Part shown: one piece after another, positions 1 through 9,157 of the stretch | Numbering within the stretch: the stretch's first letter is position 1 | Layout of the letters: each line of letters begins with the position of its first letter | Assembly: GCF_042660085.1 (NCBI RefSeq) | Contig: NZ_JBHSTI010000008.1 | Location: 990,001-1,022,000, forward strand | Reading direction: 5' to 3' | Length of the DNA stretch: 32,000 nucleotides | Source of the DNA: Longivirga aurantiaca | GTDB taxonomy: Bacteria; Actinomycetota; Actinomycetes; S36-B12; CAIYMF01 | Position numbers and translations under genes: made by a program | Notes under the pieces: model-generated | Database searches by the model: none | Told to the model about the DNA's origin: nothing | What the model saw: the letters and a program-made list of their open reading frames with translations, nothing else

Positions 1-1
1 C

Positions 2-697
2 CTGTTCGCGATGGCGGGCGGCCGCATCGTCGTGGGCCCGGTGGTCCGCGAGGTCGACACCTCGGGCGACGACGTCGTGCTGCGGTACGCCGACCACCGC
101 GAGATCCGCGCCGACCGCGTCGTGCTGGCGCCGGGCGCTGGCGCCGGACGCCTCCTGGAGGCGCTCGGCATCGACGTCGCGATGAGCCCCGTCCTCGAGC
201 AGGTGTGCCACGTCGGTCACCCCGGGGCCACCGACGACCTCCCGTGCCTGTACGACGGCCCGCTCGGGGACGAGCCGGGCATGTACGCCATGCCGACGCC
301 CGGACGCGGCTACAAGCTCGGCATCGACCAGCCGCTGCGCGCCTGGCGCGAGGACGACATCGACCGGGTGCCGAGCCCCGAGGTGTCGGCGCACATCTCC
401 GAGCGCGTGCGCCGCAACTTCGCCGTCCTCGACCCCACGGTGCTCGACGCCCAGGTGTGCACCTGGACCGACTCGCCGGACGGCCGCTTCGTGATCGACG
501 TCGTCCGCGACGGCCGCGTCGTGATCGCGTGCGGCGACTCGGGCGAGGGGTTCAAGTTCTCCGCGCTCATGGGCCTCGTGCTCGCCGACCTCGCCGAGGG
601 CAGCGACGCCGATCAAGACGTCGCCGCGTTCTCGCTCGCCCGGTTCGCCGACGGGTCCGGCGCCGCGTCCCCCGACGGGCACGTGCTCGGCCGCTAG
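2..697 (+). CDS. FAD-dependent oxidoreductase, sarcosine/N-methyltryptophan oxidase-like, C-terminal part (5' end outside window)
   Basis: Frame is open from the window edge (L-F-A-M-A-G-G-R). C-terminal motif VIACGDSGEGFKFSALMG resembles the GxSGHGFK motif of DAO/sarcosine oxidase family proteins. Stop TAG at 695-697. Confidence 0.8.
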   Translation: MFAMAGGRIVVGPVVREVDTSGDDVVLRYADHREIRADRVVLAPGAGAGRLLEALGIDVAMSPVLEQVCHVGHPGATDDLPCLYDGPLGDEPGMYAMPTPGRGYKLGIDQPLRAWREDDIDRVPSPEVSAHISERVRRNFAVLDPTVLDAQVCTWTDSPDGRFVIDVVRDGRVVIACGDSGEGFKFSALMGLVLADLAEGSDADQDVAAFSLARFADGSGAASPDGHVLGR

Positions 698-2061
698 GCC
701 GCGGGGCGCTCGACCGACTCGGCGATGCGCTCGGCCTGGACGAGCCGCAGGTCCGGGTCGAGGTCCCGCGCGTCGAGGTGCGGCGCCCCGGCGGACCCCG
801 GCACGGCCGGGTCGTCGAGATGGCGCAGCACCGGCAGGAACGCCGTCGCCACGGACACGACGAGCAGCAGCGACGTCATGAGCAGGAAGACCGGCTGCGG
901 CCCCCAGGCCTCGATCAGCGGCCCGGCCACCAGGTAGCCGAGCGGCCCGGCCGCGTACGCCGCTGAGCCCATGACGCCGACGACCCGGCCGCGCATGGCC
1001 TCTGGCGTGCGGTTCTGCATCGCGAGGTTGGTGATCGGGTTGATGGCGCCGAAGAAGATGCCTGTGAGCACGCTGAGGGCGAGCATCACGCCGTACGACG
1101 GCAGGAACGCCATGCCCAGCACGGGGATCGAGGTGAGGATCAGGCTCGCGACGAACGCGGGGCGACGGCGGAAGCGGTGCCCGAGCGCCGCATAGCCGAG
1201 CGCGCCGATCACGCCGCCGGTGCTCATCGCCGTGATGAGGAGGCCGAGCTTGGCGGGCTGGTCCATCTCGTTGAAGATGACCGGCAGGACGACACCCTCG
1301 ATCGGGAGCCAGACGCCGACGAGCAGCGAGGTCAGGATCGCCATGCTGCGCAGCACGCGGTCGCGCCAGAGGAACCGCAGCCCCTCGCGGGTCGAGGTCC
1401 AGAGGCCCTGCGGCCGGTGCGCCATCGCGGGTCGACCGCCGCCGGGCATGCGCGTGGTCGCCATCGCGAGGGCGCTGACGGCGAAGACGCCTGCGGTGAC
1501 CCAGAAGGTCGTCGTGGTGCCGATGAGGCCGATGAGGACGCCGCCGATGCCGGGGCCGAGGAGGTAGGCGAAGCCGTACGCGCTCTCGTGGATCCCGTTG
1601 GCCCGGGCCAGAGGGACGCGGGCCCGTCGGGCGGCCTCGGGCAGCATCGTCTCGCGCGCCGTGAGGCCGGCCGGGTCGAAGACGGCGCCGAGGGCCGCGA
1701 CCGCGAGCAGGACGCCGAAGTCGAGGCCCACCGTGACGGCGAGGATCGGGACGAGGGCGACGCTCGTGAGCGAGAGGAGGTCGGCCACCACCGAGACCGC
1801 TCGGCGGCCGACCATGTCGACGATCGTGCCGGCGAACAGCATCGACACGAGCAGCGGCAGCGCGGTGACGGCCGCGACGACGGCCGTGAGGCTCGCGTCG
1901 CCGGTGGTCTCGAGGACCAGCCACGGGAACGCGACCATCGAGATGCCGTTGGCGGTGCCGGACAGCACCGTGGTCGTCTCGAGGACGACGAACGGCCGCC
2001 ACGAGCGTCGCAGGGTGGCGGGACGGAGCAGGTCGGGAGCGGACGGGGTGGAGGGGTGCAT
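694..2061 (-). CDS. MFS transporter
   Basis: Hydrophobic multi-TM protein MHPSTPSAPDLLRPATLRRSWRPFVVLETTTVLSGTANGISMVAFPWLVLETTG...; MFS loop-like VDMVGRR. Lies inside the reported 694..4398 ORF, whose upstream part is spurious. Start ATG at 2061. Confidence 0.88.
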   Translation of the reverse strand: MHPSTPSAPDLLRPATLRRSWRPFVVLETTTVLSGTANGISMVAFPWLVLETTGDASLTAVVAAVTALPLLVSMLFAGTIVDMVGRRAVSVVADLLSLTSVALVPILAVTVGLDFGVLLAVAALGAVFDPAGLTARETMLPEAARRARVPLARANGIHESAYGFAYLLGPGIGGVLIGLIGTTTTFWVTAGVFAVSALAMATTRMPGGGRPAMAHRPQGLWTSTREGLRFLWRDRVLRSMAILTSLLVGVWLPIEGVVLPVIFNEMDQPAKLGLLITAMSTGGVIGALGYAALGHRFRRRPAFVASLILTSIPVLGMAFLPSYGVMLALSVLTGIFFGAINPITNLAMQNRTPEAMRGRVVGVMGSAAYAAGPLGYLVAGPLIEAWGPQPVFLLMTSLLLVVSVATAFLPVLRHLDDPAVPGSAGAPHLDARDLDPDLRLVQAERIAESVERPAA

Positions 2062-2066
2062 GGGTA

Positions 2067-2663
2067 TCAGGGCTGTGTCGGGGGCGTGATGCCCGAGAGG
2101 GTGAGGGTGAGGACGTGACGGGTCGCCGTGGCAGGGGCCACGCGGCCGTCCCGGACGCCGTTCCAGACGCCGAGCAGGATCCCCGTGAACGCCTCGACGA
2201 CGACCTCCGCCGGAACGTCGCCGCGGATGTCGCCCTCGCGCTGGCCGCGCTCGACGAGCGAGTCGAGCGCGGACGACACCGAGAGCCAGGCGTCCTGGAG
2301 CTGGGGCAGGTCCCACACCTCGGGGCCGGTGTCGAGGAACGACAGCTCGTCGGCGAGGGGGAGCACCTCCTGCACCACGCGGGCGAGCACCTCGGTCGCG
2401 GGTCCGTCGTCGAGCCGGGCGGTGTCGAGGCCCGTCTGCAGCCGCGCGACGGCCTGCAGGGCGAGGGCGGTGAGCAGGTCGGCCCGGGTCGGGAAGATCC
2501 GGTGCACCGTGGTGCGCCCGACACCGGCGGCCGCGGCGATCTCGGCGAGCGAGGCCCCGGAGTCCGTGGCCAGGAGTGCGGCCGCGGCGCGCAGCACGAC
2601 GTCCCGCACCGGCTCCGGGGCAGGGGAGGTCGCGGACGGTACGGAGCGCAGCGGACCAGACAT
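2067..2663 (-). CDS. TetR/AcrR family transcriptional regulator
   Basis: N-terminal HTH LLATDSGASLAEIAAAAGVGRTTVHRIFPTRADLL. ATG at 2663 preferred; the alternative GTG at 2690 lies inside a palindrome. Directly upstream of the MFS gene in the same direction. Confidence 0.88.
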   Translation of the reverse strand: MSGPLRSVPSATSPAPEPVRDVVLRAAAALLATDSGASLAEIAAAAGVGRTTVHRIFPTRADLLTALALQAVARLQTGLDTARLDDGPATEVLARVVQEVLPLADELSFLDTGPEVWDLPQLQDAWLSVSSALDSLVERGQREGDIRGDVPAEVVVEAFTGILLGVWNGVRDGRVAPATATRHVLTLTLSGITPPTQP

Positions 2664-2670
2664 GCGTCCA

Positions 2671-2690
2671 GTGGAACACAGATGTTCCAC
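2671..2690. promoter_or_regulatory. Putative TetR operator: perfect inverted repeat GTGGAACA-CAGA-TGTTCCAC, plus an extra half-site TGTTCCACC at 2702-2710
   Basis: 8-bp perfect dyad just upstream of the tetR start, with a third half-site copy 19 bp downstream. Confidence 0.6.
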
Positions 2691-2835
2691 CAGAGCAACT
2701 TTGTTCCACCTGGAGGGTGCGCGATCCGCGGACGTGCCGGTCGTCGCTCCGCACCTCCGTCGGGCCGGCAGGCGGGCGCGGACGGTCGGGCGTGCCGGGG
2801 GGAGTCAGGTCGGGGGTGTTCGTTAGGTTCACCCC

Positions 2836-3564
2836 GTGAGCGACGCGACCCCAGAGATCACCTTCCGCAGCGACGTCACCGTCGAGCTGGTGAAGTCCTC
2901 GGCCTCGGACGCCGACGTGCTGTTCGCCGCCCGCGTCTCGACCAAGGGCGAGCAGTCCCTCGACGACGTCGACGCCGACGCGAGCCGCAGCCAGGGCCTC
3001 ATCAACTACCTGATGAGAGATCGCCACGGAAGTCCTTTTGAACACACGTCGTTCACGTTCTTCGTCCGCGCACCGATCTTCATGTGGCGCGAGCACATGC
3101 GGCACCGCATCGCGTCGTACAACGAGGAGAGCGGGCGCTACCGCGAGCTCGAGCCCGTGTTCTACGTGCCCGCCCGCGAGCGCAACCTGGTGCAGGAGGG
3201 CAAGCCCGGCGCCTACGTCTTCGTGCCCGGCACCGAGGAGCAGTCGATCCTCGTCGAGGAGCAGGTCAAGGCCTCGTGCACCCAGGCCTACGCCGCCTAC
3301 CAGGCGATGCTCGACGCCGGCGTCGCCCGCGAGGTTGCGCGGATCGTCCTGCCGGTGACCATCTACTCCAGCGCTTACGTCACGATGAACGCCCGCGCGC
3401 TGATGAACTTCCTGTCGCTGCGCACCAAGCGCGAGGGGTCGCACTTCCCGTCCTTCCCCCAGCGCGAGATCGAGATGGTCGCGGAGAAGTACGAGGCGGA
3501 GTTCGAGCGGCTCATGCCGCTGACCTACGCGGCCTTCCAGGCCAACGGGCGCGTGGCTCCGTAG
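2836..3564 (+). CDS. thyX: Flavin-dependent thymidylate synthase
   Basis: ThyX signature RHRIASYNEESGRYREL (RHRxxSxNExSxRY) and HGSPFEHTSFTFF. Confidence 0.97.
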   Translation: MSDATPEITFRSDVTVELVKSSASDADVLFAARVSTKGEQSLDDVDADASRSQGLINYLMRDRHGSPFEHTSFTFFVRAPIFMWREHMRHRIASYNEESGRYRELEPVFYVPARERNLVQEGKPGAYVFVPGTEEQSILVEEQVKASCTQAYAAYQAMLDAGVAREVARIVLPVTIYSSAYVTMNARALMNFLSLRTKREGSHFPSFPQREIEMVAEKYEAEFERLMPLTYAAFQANGRVAP

Positions 3565-3591
3565 GGCCCGGATCGCGATAGCCTCAGGGCC

Positions 3592-4521
3592 ATGGCTTCC
3601 ACGCCCTCCTCCACCCCGCAGCGCCCGTTCGGGCGGATGCTCACCGCGATGGTGACGCCGTTCACCCGCGACGGCGCCCTCGACACCGCGGCCGCAGCGC
3701 GCCTCGCGACCGAGCTCGTCGACGACCTCGGCAACGACGGCCTCGTCATCAGCGGCACCACCGGCGAGTCGCCCACCACCAGCGACGAGGAGAAGGACCG
3801 CCTCCTCCGCGCGGTGATCGAGGCCGTGGGCGACCGTGCCCACGTCATCGCGGGCGTCGGCACCAACGACACGCACCACACGATCGAGCTCGCGCGTGCG
3901 GCCGAGAAGGCCGGCGCCGCCGGTCTGCTCGTCGTCACGCCGTACTACAACAAGCCGCCGCAGGACTCGCTCTACGCGCACTTCACCGCCGTCGCCGACT
4001 CCACCGGGCTGCCGGTGATGCTCTACGACATCCCGGGCCGCACGGGCGTGGCGATCGCCACCGAGACGCTGCTGCGTCTCGCCGAGCACCCGCAGATCGT
4101 GGCCAACAAGGACGCCAAGGGCGACCTCTTCGGCGCGCAGCGGGTGATGTCGCGCTGCGAGCTCGTCTACTACTCCGGCGACGACGCGCTCAACCTGCCG
4201 CTGCTTTCCGTCGGCGCGGTGGGCGCGGTCAGCGTCACCGGCCACCTCGTCGCCGACCGCATCCTGGCGACGATCCTCGCGTACGAGTCCGGCGACGTCG
4301 CCCTCTCGCGCGAGCTGAACGACGAGCTCGTCCCGGTCACCGAGGCGATCATGACGCGAACCCAGGGAGTCATCGCCGTGAAGGCAGCACTTGAGCACCA
4401 GGCCCGTCCGGGCGGTGGCGCGCTCCGGCTGCCGCTGCTGCCGATGAGCACCAAGGACAGGGAGCGCCTCGTGCGCGAGCTGGCCGAGGGCGGCGTCGCC
4501 GGCTTCGAGTCGATCGCATGA
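3592..4521 (+). CDS. dapA: 4-hydroxy-tetrahydrodipicolinate synthase
   Basis: Motifs MVTPFTRDG, GTTGESPTT, VVTPYYNKPPQ, YDIPGRTG, ANKDAKGDL; position between thyX and rnj. Confidence 0.96.
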   Translation: MASTPSSTPQRPFGRMLTAMVTPFTRDGALDTAAAARLATELVDDLGNDGLVISGTTGESPTTSDEEKDRLLRAVIEAVGDRAHVIAGVGTNDTHHTIELARAAEKAGAAGLLVVTPYYNKPPQDSLYAHFTAVADSTGLPVMLYDIPGRTGVAIATETLLRLAEHPQIVANKDAKGDLFGAQRVMSRCELVYYSGDDALNLPLLSVGAVGAVSVTGHLVADRILATILAYESGDVALSRELNDELVPVTEAIMTRTQGVIAVKAALEHQARPGGGALRLPLLPMSTKDRERLVRELAEGGVAGFESIA

Positions 4522-6203
4522 CCCACGCGCACCCCGAGCTCGGCACCCCGCCGCCGCTGCCGCCCAACGGGCTCCGCGTCGTCCCGCTCGGAGGGCTCGG
4601 CGATGTCGGCCGCAACATGACGGCCTTCGAGTACGCCGGTCGTCTGCTCATCATCGACTGCGGCGTGCTGTTCCCCGAGGACAGCCAGCCCGGCGTCGAC
4701 CTGATCCTCCCGGACTTTGACTTCATCCGTGACCGGCTCGACGCCGTCGAGGCGATCGTGCTGACGCACGCGCACGAGGACCACATCGGCGCGGTGCCCT
4801 ACCTGCTGCGCGAGCGCCAGGACATCCCGGTGTTCGGCTCGCGGCTCACGCTCGCCCTGCTCGAGGCCAAGCTGCGCGAGCACCGGATCAACGGCGTCAC
4901 GATGGTGGTCGTCGAGGGCGAGACCCGGAAGGTCGGCCCGTTCGACCTCGAGTTCGTCGCCGTCAACCACTCCATCCCGGACGCGCTGGCGATCTTCGTC
5001 TCGACGCCGGCCGGCACGGTGCTGCACACCGGCGACTTCAAGATGGACCAGCTGCCCCTCGACGGCCGCATCACCGACCTCCGCGCGTTCGCGCGGCTGG
5101 GGGAGCGCGGCGTCGACCTGTTCCTCGTCGACTCCACCAACGCCGAGGTGCCCGGCTTCGTGGCGAGCGAGCGCGACATCGAGCCCGCGCTCGAGCGCAC
5201 GTTCAACGCCGCCAAGGGGCGCATCGTGGTCGCGTCGTTCGCGAGCCACATCCACCGCATCCAGCAGATCATCGACATCGCGCTGCGGCACAACAGGAAG
5301 TTCGCGTTCTTCGGCAGGTCGATGGTGCGCAACATGGGGGTCGCGCGCGAGCTCGGCTACCTCACGTTCCCTGACGGCGCGCTGCTCACGCCCGAGCAGC
5401 TGTCGGAGCTGCCCGACGAGCAGGTCGTGCTGATCTGCACCGGGTCGCAGGGCGAGCCGATGGCGGCGCTCTCGCGCATCGCCAACAACAGCCACCAGAT
5501 CAAGGTCGGCCCCGGCGACACCGTGGTGCTCGCCTCGTCGCTCATCCCCGGCAACGAGAACGCCGTCAGCCGCGTCATCAACGGCCTCACCCGCCTCGGC
5601 GCGAAGGTCGTGCACAAGGCCAACGCGATGGTGCACGTGAGCGGTCACGCCGCCGCCGGCGAGCTCCTCTACTGCTACAACATCGTGAAGCCGAAGAACG
5701 TCATGCCCGTGCACGGCGAGCCCCGGCACCTCAAGGCCAACGCCGAGCTCGCGCTGGCGACCGGCGTCCCCGCCGAGCGGATCATGCTCACCCTCGACGG
5801 CGGCGTGATCGACCTCGTCGACGGCCGCGCCACCGTCGTCGGCGCGGTGCCCTGCGGCTACGTGTACGTCGACGGCGCCAGCGTCGGCGACCTCACCGAG
5901 TCCTCGCTCAAGGACCGCCGCGTGCTGGGCGCCGAGGGCTTCATCACCTGCTTCGTCGTCGTCGACTCCGTCGAGGGCAAGGTCACGGCCGGCCCGGAGA
6001 TCCACGCGCGCGGCTTCATCGAGGACGACGCGGCGTTCGACCCGGTCCTGCCCAAGATCAAGCAGGCGGTCGAGGATGCCCTCCGCGACGGCCTCGCCGA
6101 CGAGTACGCCCTCGCCCAGGTCGTCCGGCGCACCCTCGGCCGCTGGGTCAACGACCAGCACCGCCGCAAGCCCATGATCCTGCCGGTCGTCGTCGAGGCC
6201 TGA
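4518..6203 (+). CDS. rnj: Ribonuclease J, metallo-beta-lactamase/beta-CASP family
   Basis: HAHEDHIGAVPYLL, HTGDFKMDQ, CTGSQGEPMAALSRIA, MPVHGEPRHLKANAEL. ATGA overlap with dapA. Confidence 0.96.
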   Translation: MTHAHPELGTPPPLPPNGLRVVPLGGLGDVGRNMTAFEYAGRLLIIDCGVLFPEDSQPGVDLILPDFDFIRDRLDAVEAIVLTHAHEDHIGAVPYLLRERQDIPVFGSRLTLALLEAKLREHRINGVTMVVVEGETRKVGPFDLEFVAVNHSIPDALAIFVSTPAGTVLHTGDFKMDQLPLDGRITDLRAFARLGERGVDLFLVDSTNAEVPGFVASERDIEPALERTFNAAKGRIVVASFASHIHRIQQIIDIALRHNRKFAFFGRSMVRNMGVARELGYLTFPDGALLTPEQLSELPDEQVVLICTGSQGEPMAALSRIANNSHQIKVGPGDTVVLASSLIPGNENAVSRVINGLTRLGAKVVHKANAMVHVSGHAAAGELLYCYNIVKPKNVMPVHGEPRHLKANAELALATGVPAERIMLTLDGGVIDLVDGRATVVGAVPCGYVYVDGASVGDLTESSLKDRRVLGAEGFITCFVVVDSVEGKVTAGPEIHARGFIEDDAAFDPVLPKIKQAVEDALRDGLADEYALAQVVRRTLGRWVNDQHRRKPMILPVVVEA

Positions 6204-6216
6204 CCGAGCCGTTCGC

Positions 6217-6247
6217 GAAGGGGTGGGCCCGCCGGGCCCACCCCTTC
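6217..6247 (+). terminator. Hairpin after rnj: 14-bp perfect stem GAAGGGGTGGGCCC, 3-nt loop, no clear U-tract
   Basis: GAAGGGGTGGGCCC-GCC-GGGCCCACCCCTTC, 13 nt after the rnj stop. Confidence 0.75.
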
Positions 6248-6339
6248 CGCGTGCCGGGCGCTACGCACGGTGACTGTGAGGTCAAGGTTGACGGTGTGGC
6301 GTCCGGGACTCCTGTGACAGATGTGGGTAGCCTCGCTGC

Positions 6340-8958
6340 ATGGCGACCCGTACGCCGGTGCCGCCGCGGACCTCGTCCGCGCGCGCTGGCTCTTCCCCCA
6401 CGAGCCGCTCGAGCAAGGCCGCGCCCGCCTCGGGCAAGGCCTCCTCGACGCGTCAGCCCGCTGCCAAGGCGCGCCCTGCCGCGCGCCCGGCGGCCCGACC
6501 CGCGCCCGTCGGCCCCTCGCCGGTGTCCCGGTTCTTCACCGGGCTGACGCGGGCGTTCGCCCTGGTCTGGCTGGGCCTCGGGCACGTGGTCGGCGGCGCC
6601 GTGCGCGCGCTCGGCCGCGGCGCCAAGGACCTCGACCCGGCCCACCGGCGGGACGGCCTCGGCCTGCTGTTCATCGGCCTCGCGATCCTGGTCGCCTTCT
6701 CGGTCTGGTGGAACGTCACCACCGGCCTCGGCGGCATCGTGGGCACCCTGGTCTCCGGCGCCCTCGGCAGCCTCGACGTCGTGCTGCCGTTCCTGCTGCT
6801 CGGCCTCGCCTGGCGCGTGCTGCGCAAGCCAGACGAGAGCGCCGCCACCGGCCGGATCACCATCGGCTGGGGCGCGCTGGTCCTGGCCGCCTGCGGCCTC
6901 ATGCACGTGATCAAGGGCACGCCCGTGCCTGCCGACGGTGCTGCGGCGATGCAGTCGGGCGGCGGCTGGATCGGCTGGCTCGCGAGCGCCCCCGTCGTCG
7001 CGGCCACGCACCCGGTCGTGGCCGGACTGCTCCTCATCCTGCTCGCCGCCTTCGGCGTCCTCGTCGTCACCGCCACCCCCATCGCCGCGGTCCCCGCTCG
7101 GGTCCTCGCCTTGCGCGACAGGCTCACGGGCACGGGCAAGGACGACGCGGAGGCTGCGGACGCCGAGCCCACGGCAAAGAAGAAGCGCCACCCCAAGGCG
7201 GACGACGCCGGGCTCGGCCTGCTCGCCGGCGATGTCGCGTTCGAGACGCCGCTGGTCGAGGACGCGCCCGCCAAGCGCCGCTTCCGCAAGTCCAAGGACG
7301 TGCTCGACGTTCTCGCCGCGCCCGAGGCCGAGGAGCACCACGTCGACCTCACGGCGCCGTTCGAGCACCAGGAGCCCGACGACGTCTCCACCGTCATCGT
7401 CGACCTCACCACCGGCGAGGTGCCGCCGGTCACCAAGAAGCCGGCGAAGCCCCTGCCGACGAACCCGTCGTCGATCGAGCAGATGCCGCTCTCGGGCGAC
7501 GTCACCTACCACCTGCCGAGCGTCGACTCGCTCAAGCCGGGTGCGGTGCACAAGTCCACGAGCAAGGCCAGCGACGCCGTCGTGGGCTCGCTCTCGGAGG
7601 TGCTCGACCAGTTCGGCATCGACGCCACCGTCACGGGCTACTCGCGCGGCCCGACAGTCACCCGCTACGAGGTCGAGCTCGGGCCGGCGGTCAAGGTCGA
7701 GCGCGTCACCGCGCTCTCCAAGAACATCGCGTACGCCGTGGCCAGCGCCGACGTCCGCATCCTGTCGCCGATCCCCGGCAAGTCCGCGATCGGCATCGAG
7801 ATCCCGAACACCGATCGCGAGATCGTCAGCCTGGGCGACGTGCTGCGCAGCAAGACCGCCACGGGCGACCACCACCCGATGGTCGTCGGCCTCGGCAAGG
7901 ATGTCGAGGGCGGCTTCGTCTGCGCGAACCTCGCGAAGATGCCGCACATCCTCGTCGCCGGCGCCACCGGCGCCGGGAAGTCCGGCTGCATGAACACCTT
8001 GATCACCAGTGTGCTCATGCGATCCACGCCGGACGAGGTGCGGATGATCCTCGTCGACCCCAAGCGCGTCGAGCTGACGGCGTACGAGGGCGTGCCGCAC
8101 CTCATCACGCCGATCATCACGAGCCCGAAGAAGGCCGCCGAGGCCCTGCAGTGGGTCGTGCGCGAGATGGACCTGCGCTACGACGACCTCGCGCAGTTCG
8201 GCTTCCGCCACGTCGACGACTTCAACAAGGCGGTCCGCGCCGGCCAGGTGAAGCCGCTGCCCGGCAGCGAGCGCGTCATCGAGCCGTACCCGTACCTGCT
8301 CGTGATCGTCGACGAGCTCGCCGACCTCATGATGGTCGCCCCGCGCGACGTCGAGGACTCGATCGTCCGTATCACCCAGCTCGCGCGCGCGGCCGGCATC
8401 CACCTGGTGCTGGCCACCCAGCGCCCGAGCGTCGACGTCGTCACCGGCCTCATCAAGGCCAACGTGCCGAGCCGCCTGGCGTTCGCCACCTCGAGCCTCG
8501 CCGACAGCCGCGTCATCCTCGACCAGCCCGGCGCGGAGAAGCTCGTCGGCCAGGGCGACGCGCTGTTCCTGCCGATGGGCGCGAGCAAGCCCATCCGCCT
8601 GCAGGGCTCGTGGGTCACCGAGAACGAGATCCGCGCCGTCGTCGCGCACTGCAAGGCCCAGATGGCACCGGCGTACCGCGAGGTCACCATCACCGCTGCG
8701 GCCAAGAAGGAGGTCGACGAGGAGATCGGCGACGACCTCGAGCTGCTCCGTGCCGCCGTCGAGCTCGTGGTGACCACGCAGTTCGGATCGACGTCGATGC
8801 TGCAGCGCAAGCTGCGCGTCGGCTTCGCCAAGGCAGGCCGCCTCATGGACCTCATGGAGACCCGCGGCATCGTCGGCCCGAGCGAGGGCAGCAAGGCGCG
8901 CGACGTGCTCGTCGTGGCCGACGAGCTCGAGGACGTGCTCGCGACGCTGGGGGAGTGA
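6340..8958 (+). CDS. ftsK: DNA translocase FtsK/SpoIIIE
   Basis: N-terminal TM segments; ATP-binding VAGATGAGKSGCMNTLI; IVIVDELADLMMV; HLVLATQRPSVDVVTGLIKANVPSRLAF; C-terminal winged-helix gamma domain. Confidence 0.97.
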   Translation: MATRTPVPPRTSSARAGSSPTSRSSKAAPASGKASSTRQPAAKARPAARPAARPAPVGPSPVSRFFTGLTRAFALVWLGLGHVVGGAVRALGRGAKDLDPAHRRDGLGLLFIGLAILVAFSVWWNVTTGLGGIVGTLVSGALGSLDVVLPFLLLGLAWRVLRKPDESAATGRITIGWGALVLAACGLMHVIKGTPVPADGAAAMQSGGGWIGWLASAPVVAATHPVVAGLLLILLAAFGVLVVTATPIAAVPARVLALRDRLTGTGKDDAEAADAEPTAKKKRHPKADDAGLGLLAGDVAFETPLVEDAPAKRRFRKSKDVLDVLAAPEAEEHHVDLTAPFEHQEPDDVSTVIVDLTTGEVPPVTKKPAKPLPTNPSSIEQMPLSGDVTYHLPSVDSLKPGAVHKSTSKASDAVVGSLSEVLDQFGIDATVTGYSRGPTVTRYEVELGPAVKVERVTALSKNIAYAVASADVRILSPIPGKSAIGIEIPNTDREIVSLGDVLRSKTATGDHHPMVVGLGKDVEGGFVCANLAKMPHILVAGATGAGKSGCMNTLITSVLMRSTPDEVRMILVDPKRVELTAYEGVPHLITPIITSPKKAAEALQWVVREMDLRYDDLAQFGFRHVDDFNKAVRAGQVKPLPGSERVIEPYPYLLVIVDELADLMMVAPRDVEDSIVRITQLARAAGIHLVLATQRPSVDVVTGLIKANVPSRLAFATSSLADSRVILDQPGAEKLVGQGDALFLPMGASKPIRLQGSWVTENEIRAVVAHCKAQMAPAYREVTITAAAKKEVDEEIGDDLELLRAAVELVVTTQFGSTSMLQRKLRVGFAKAGRLMDLMETRGIVGPSEGSKARDVLVVADELEDVLATLGE

Positions 8959-8970
8959 CCCGACTCACCT

Positions 8971-9008
8971 GAGCCCGTAGATGCCGGGTTTCCGGCATGT
9001 TTCGGGCC
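8971..9008 (+). terminator. Putative ftsK terminator stem-loop
   Basis: Inner stem ATGCCGG-GTTT-CCGGCAT (8981-8998) flanked by outer complementary GCCCG/CGGGC, just after the ftsK stop. Confidence 0.55.
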
Positions 9009-9157
9009 TCGTGAGCGGCGCGCAGGCCGTGCCCGCAGTCACCCGCTCGGCGAGTCACGCGTTTCCCAGGGGGCGGGGGTGCGGCCTATCCTCGTCAGTG
9101 ACCGGGGGATGACCGATGCGTACGGACGCGTCCGTCCGAGGTGCGGGAGGTGGAGCG

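Noticed and set aside
2671-2690. GTGGAACACAGATGTTCCAC as a second LexA box
   Set aside because: The GAAC/GTTC halves are separated by 6 nt, not the 4 nt of the TCGAAC-N4-GTTCGA SOS box. A local TetR operator is a better explanation.
694-4398. 1234-aa minus-strand ORF
   Set aside because: Only the 3' third (694-2061) encodes a recognisable MFS protein. The rest is antisense to tetR-linked sequence, thyX and dapA, with low-complexity Arg/Gly/Asp-rich translation typical of high-GC shadow ORFs.
6148-8649. 833-aa minus-strand ORF opposite ftsK
   Set aside because: Shadow ORF in a high-GC genome; composition is His/Asp/Arg/Gly-rich with no motif, and ftsK on the plus strand is unambiguous.
6321-8972. 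883-aa plus-strand ORF overlapping ftsK
   Set aside because: Out-of-frame shadow of ftsK (Arg/Pro-rich), no recognisable domain.
9123-9134. 12-bp palindrome CGGACGCGTCCG before the RodZ-like gene
   Set aside because: Short GC-rich palindromes are frequent by chance here, and it is isolated with no second copy or spacing pattern.
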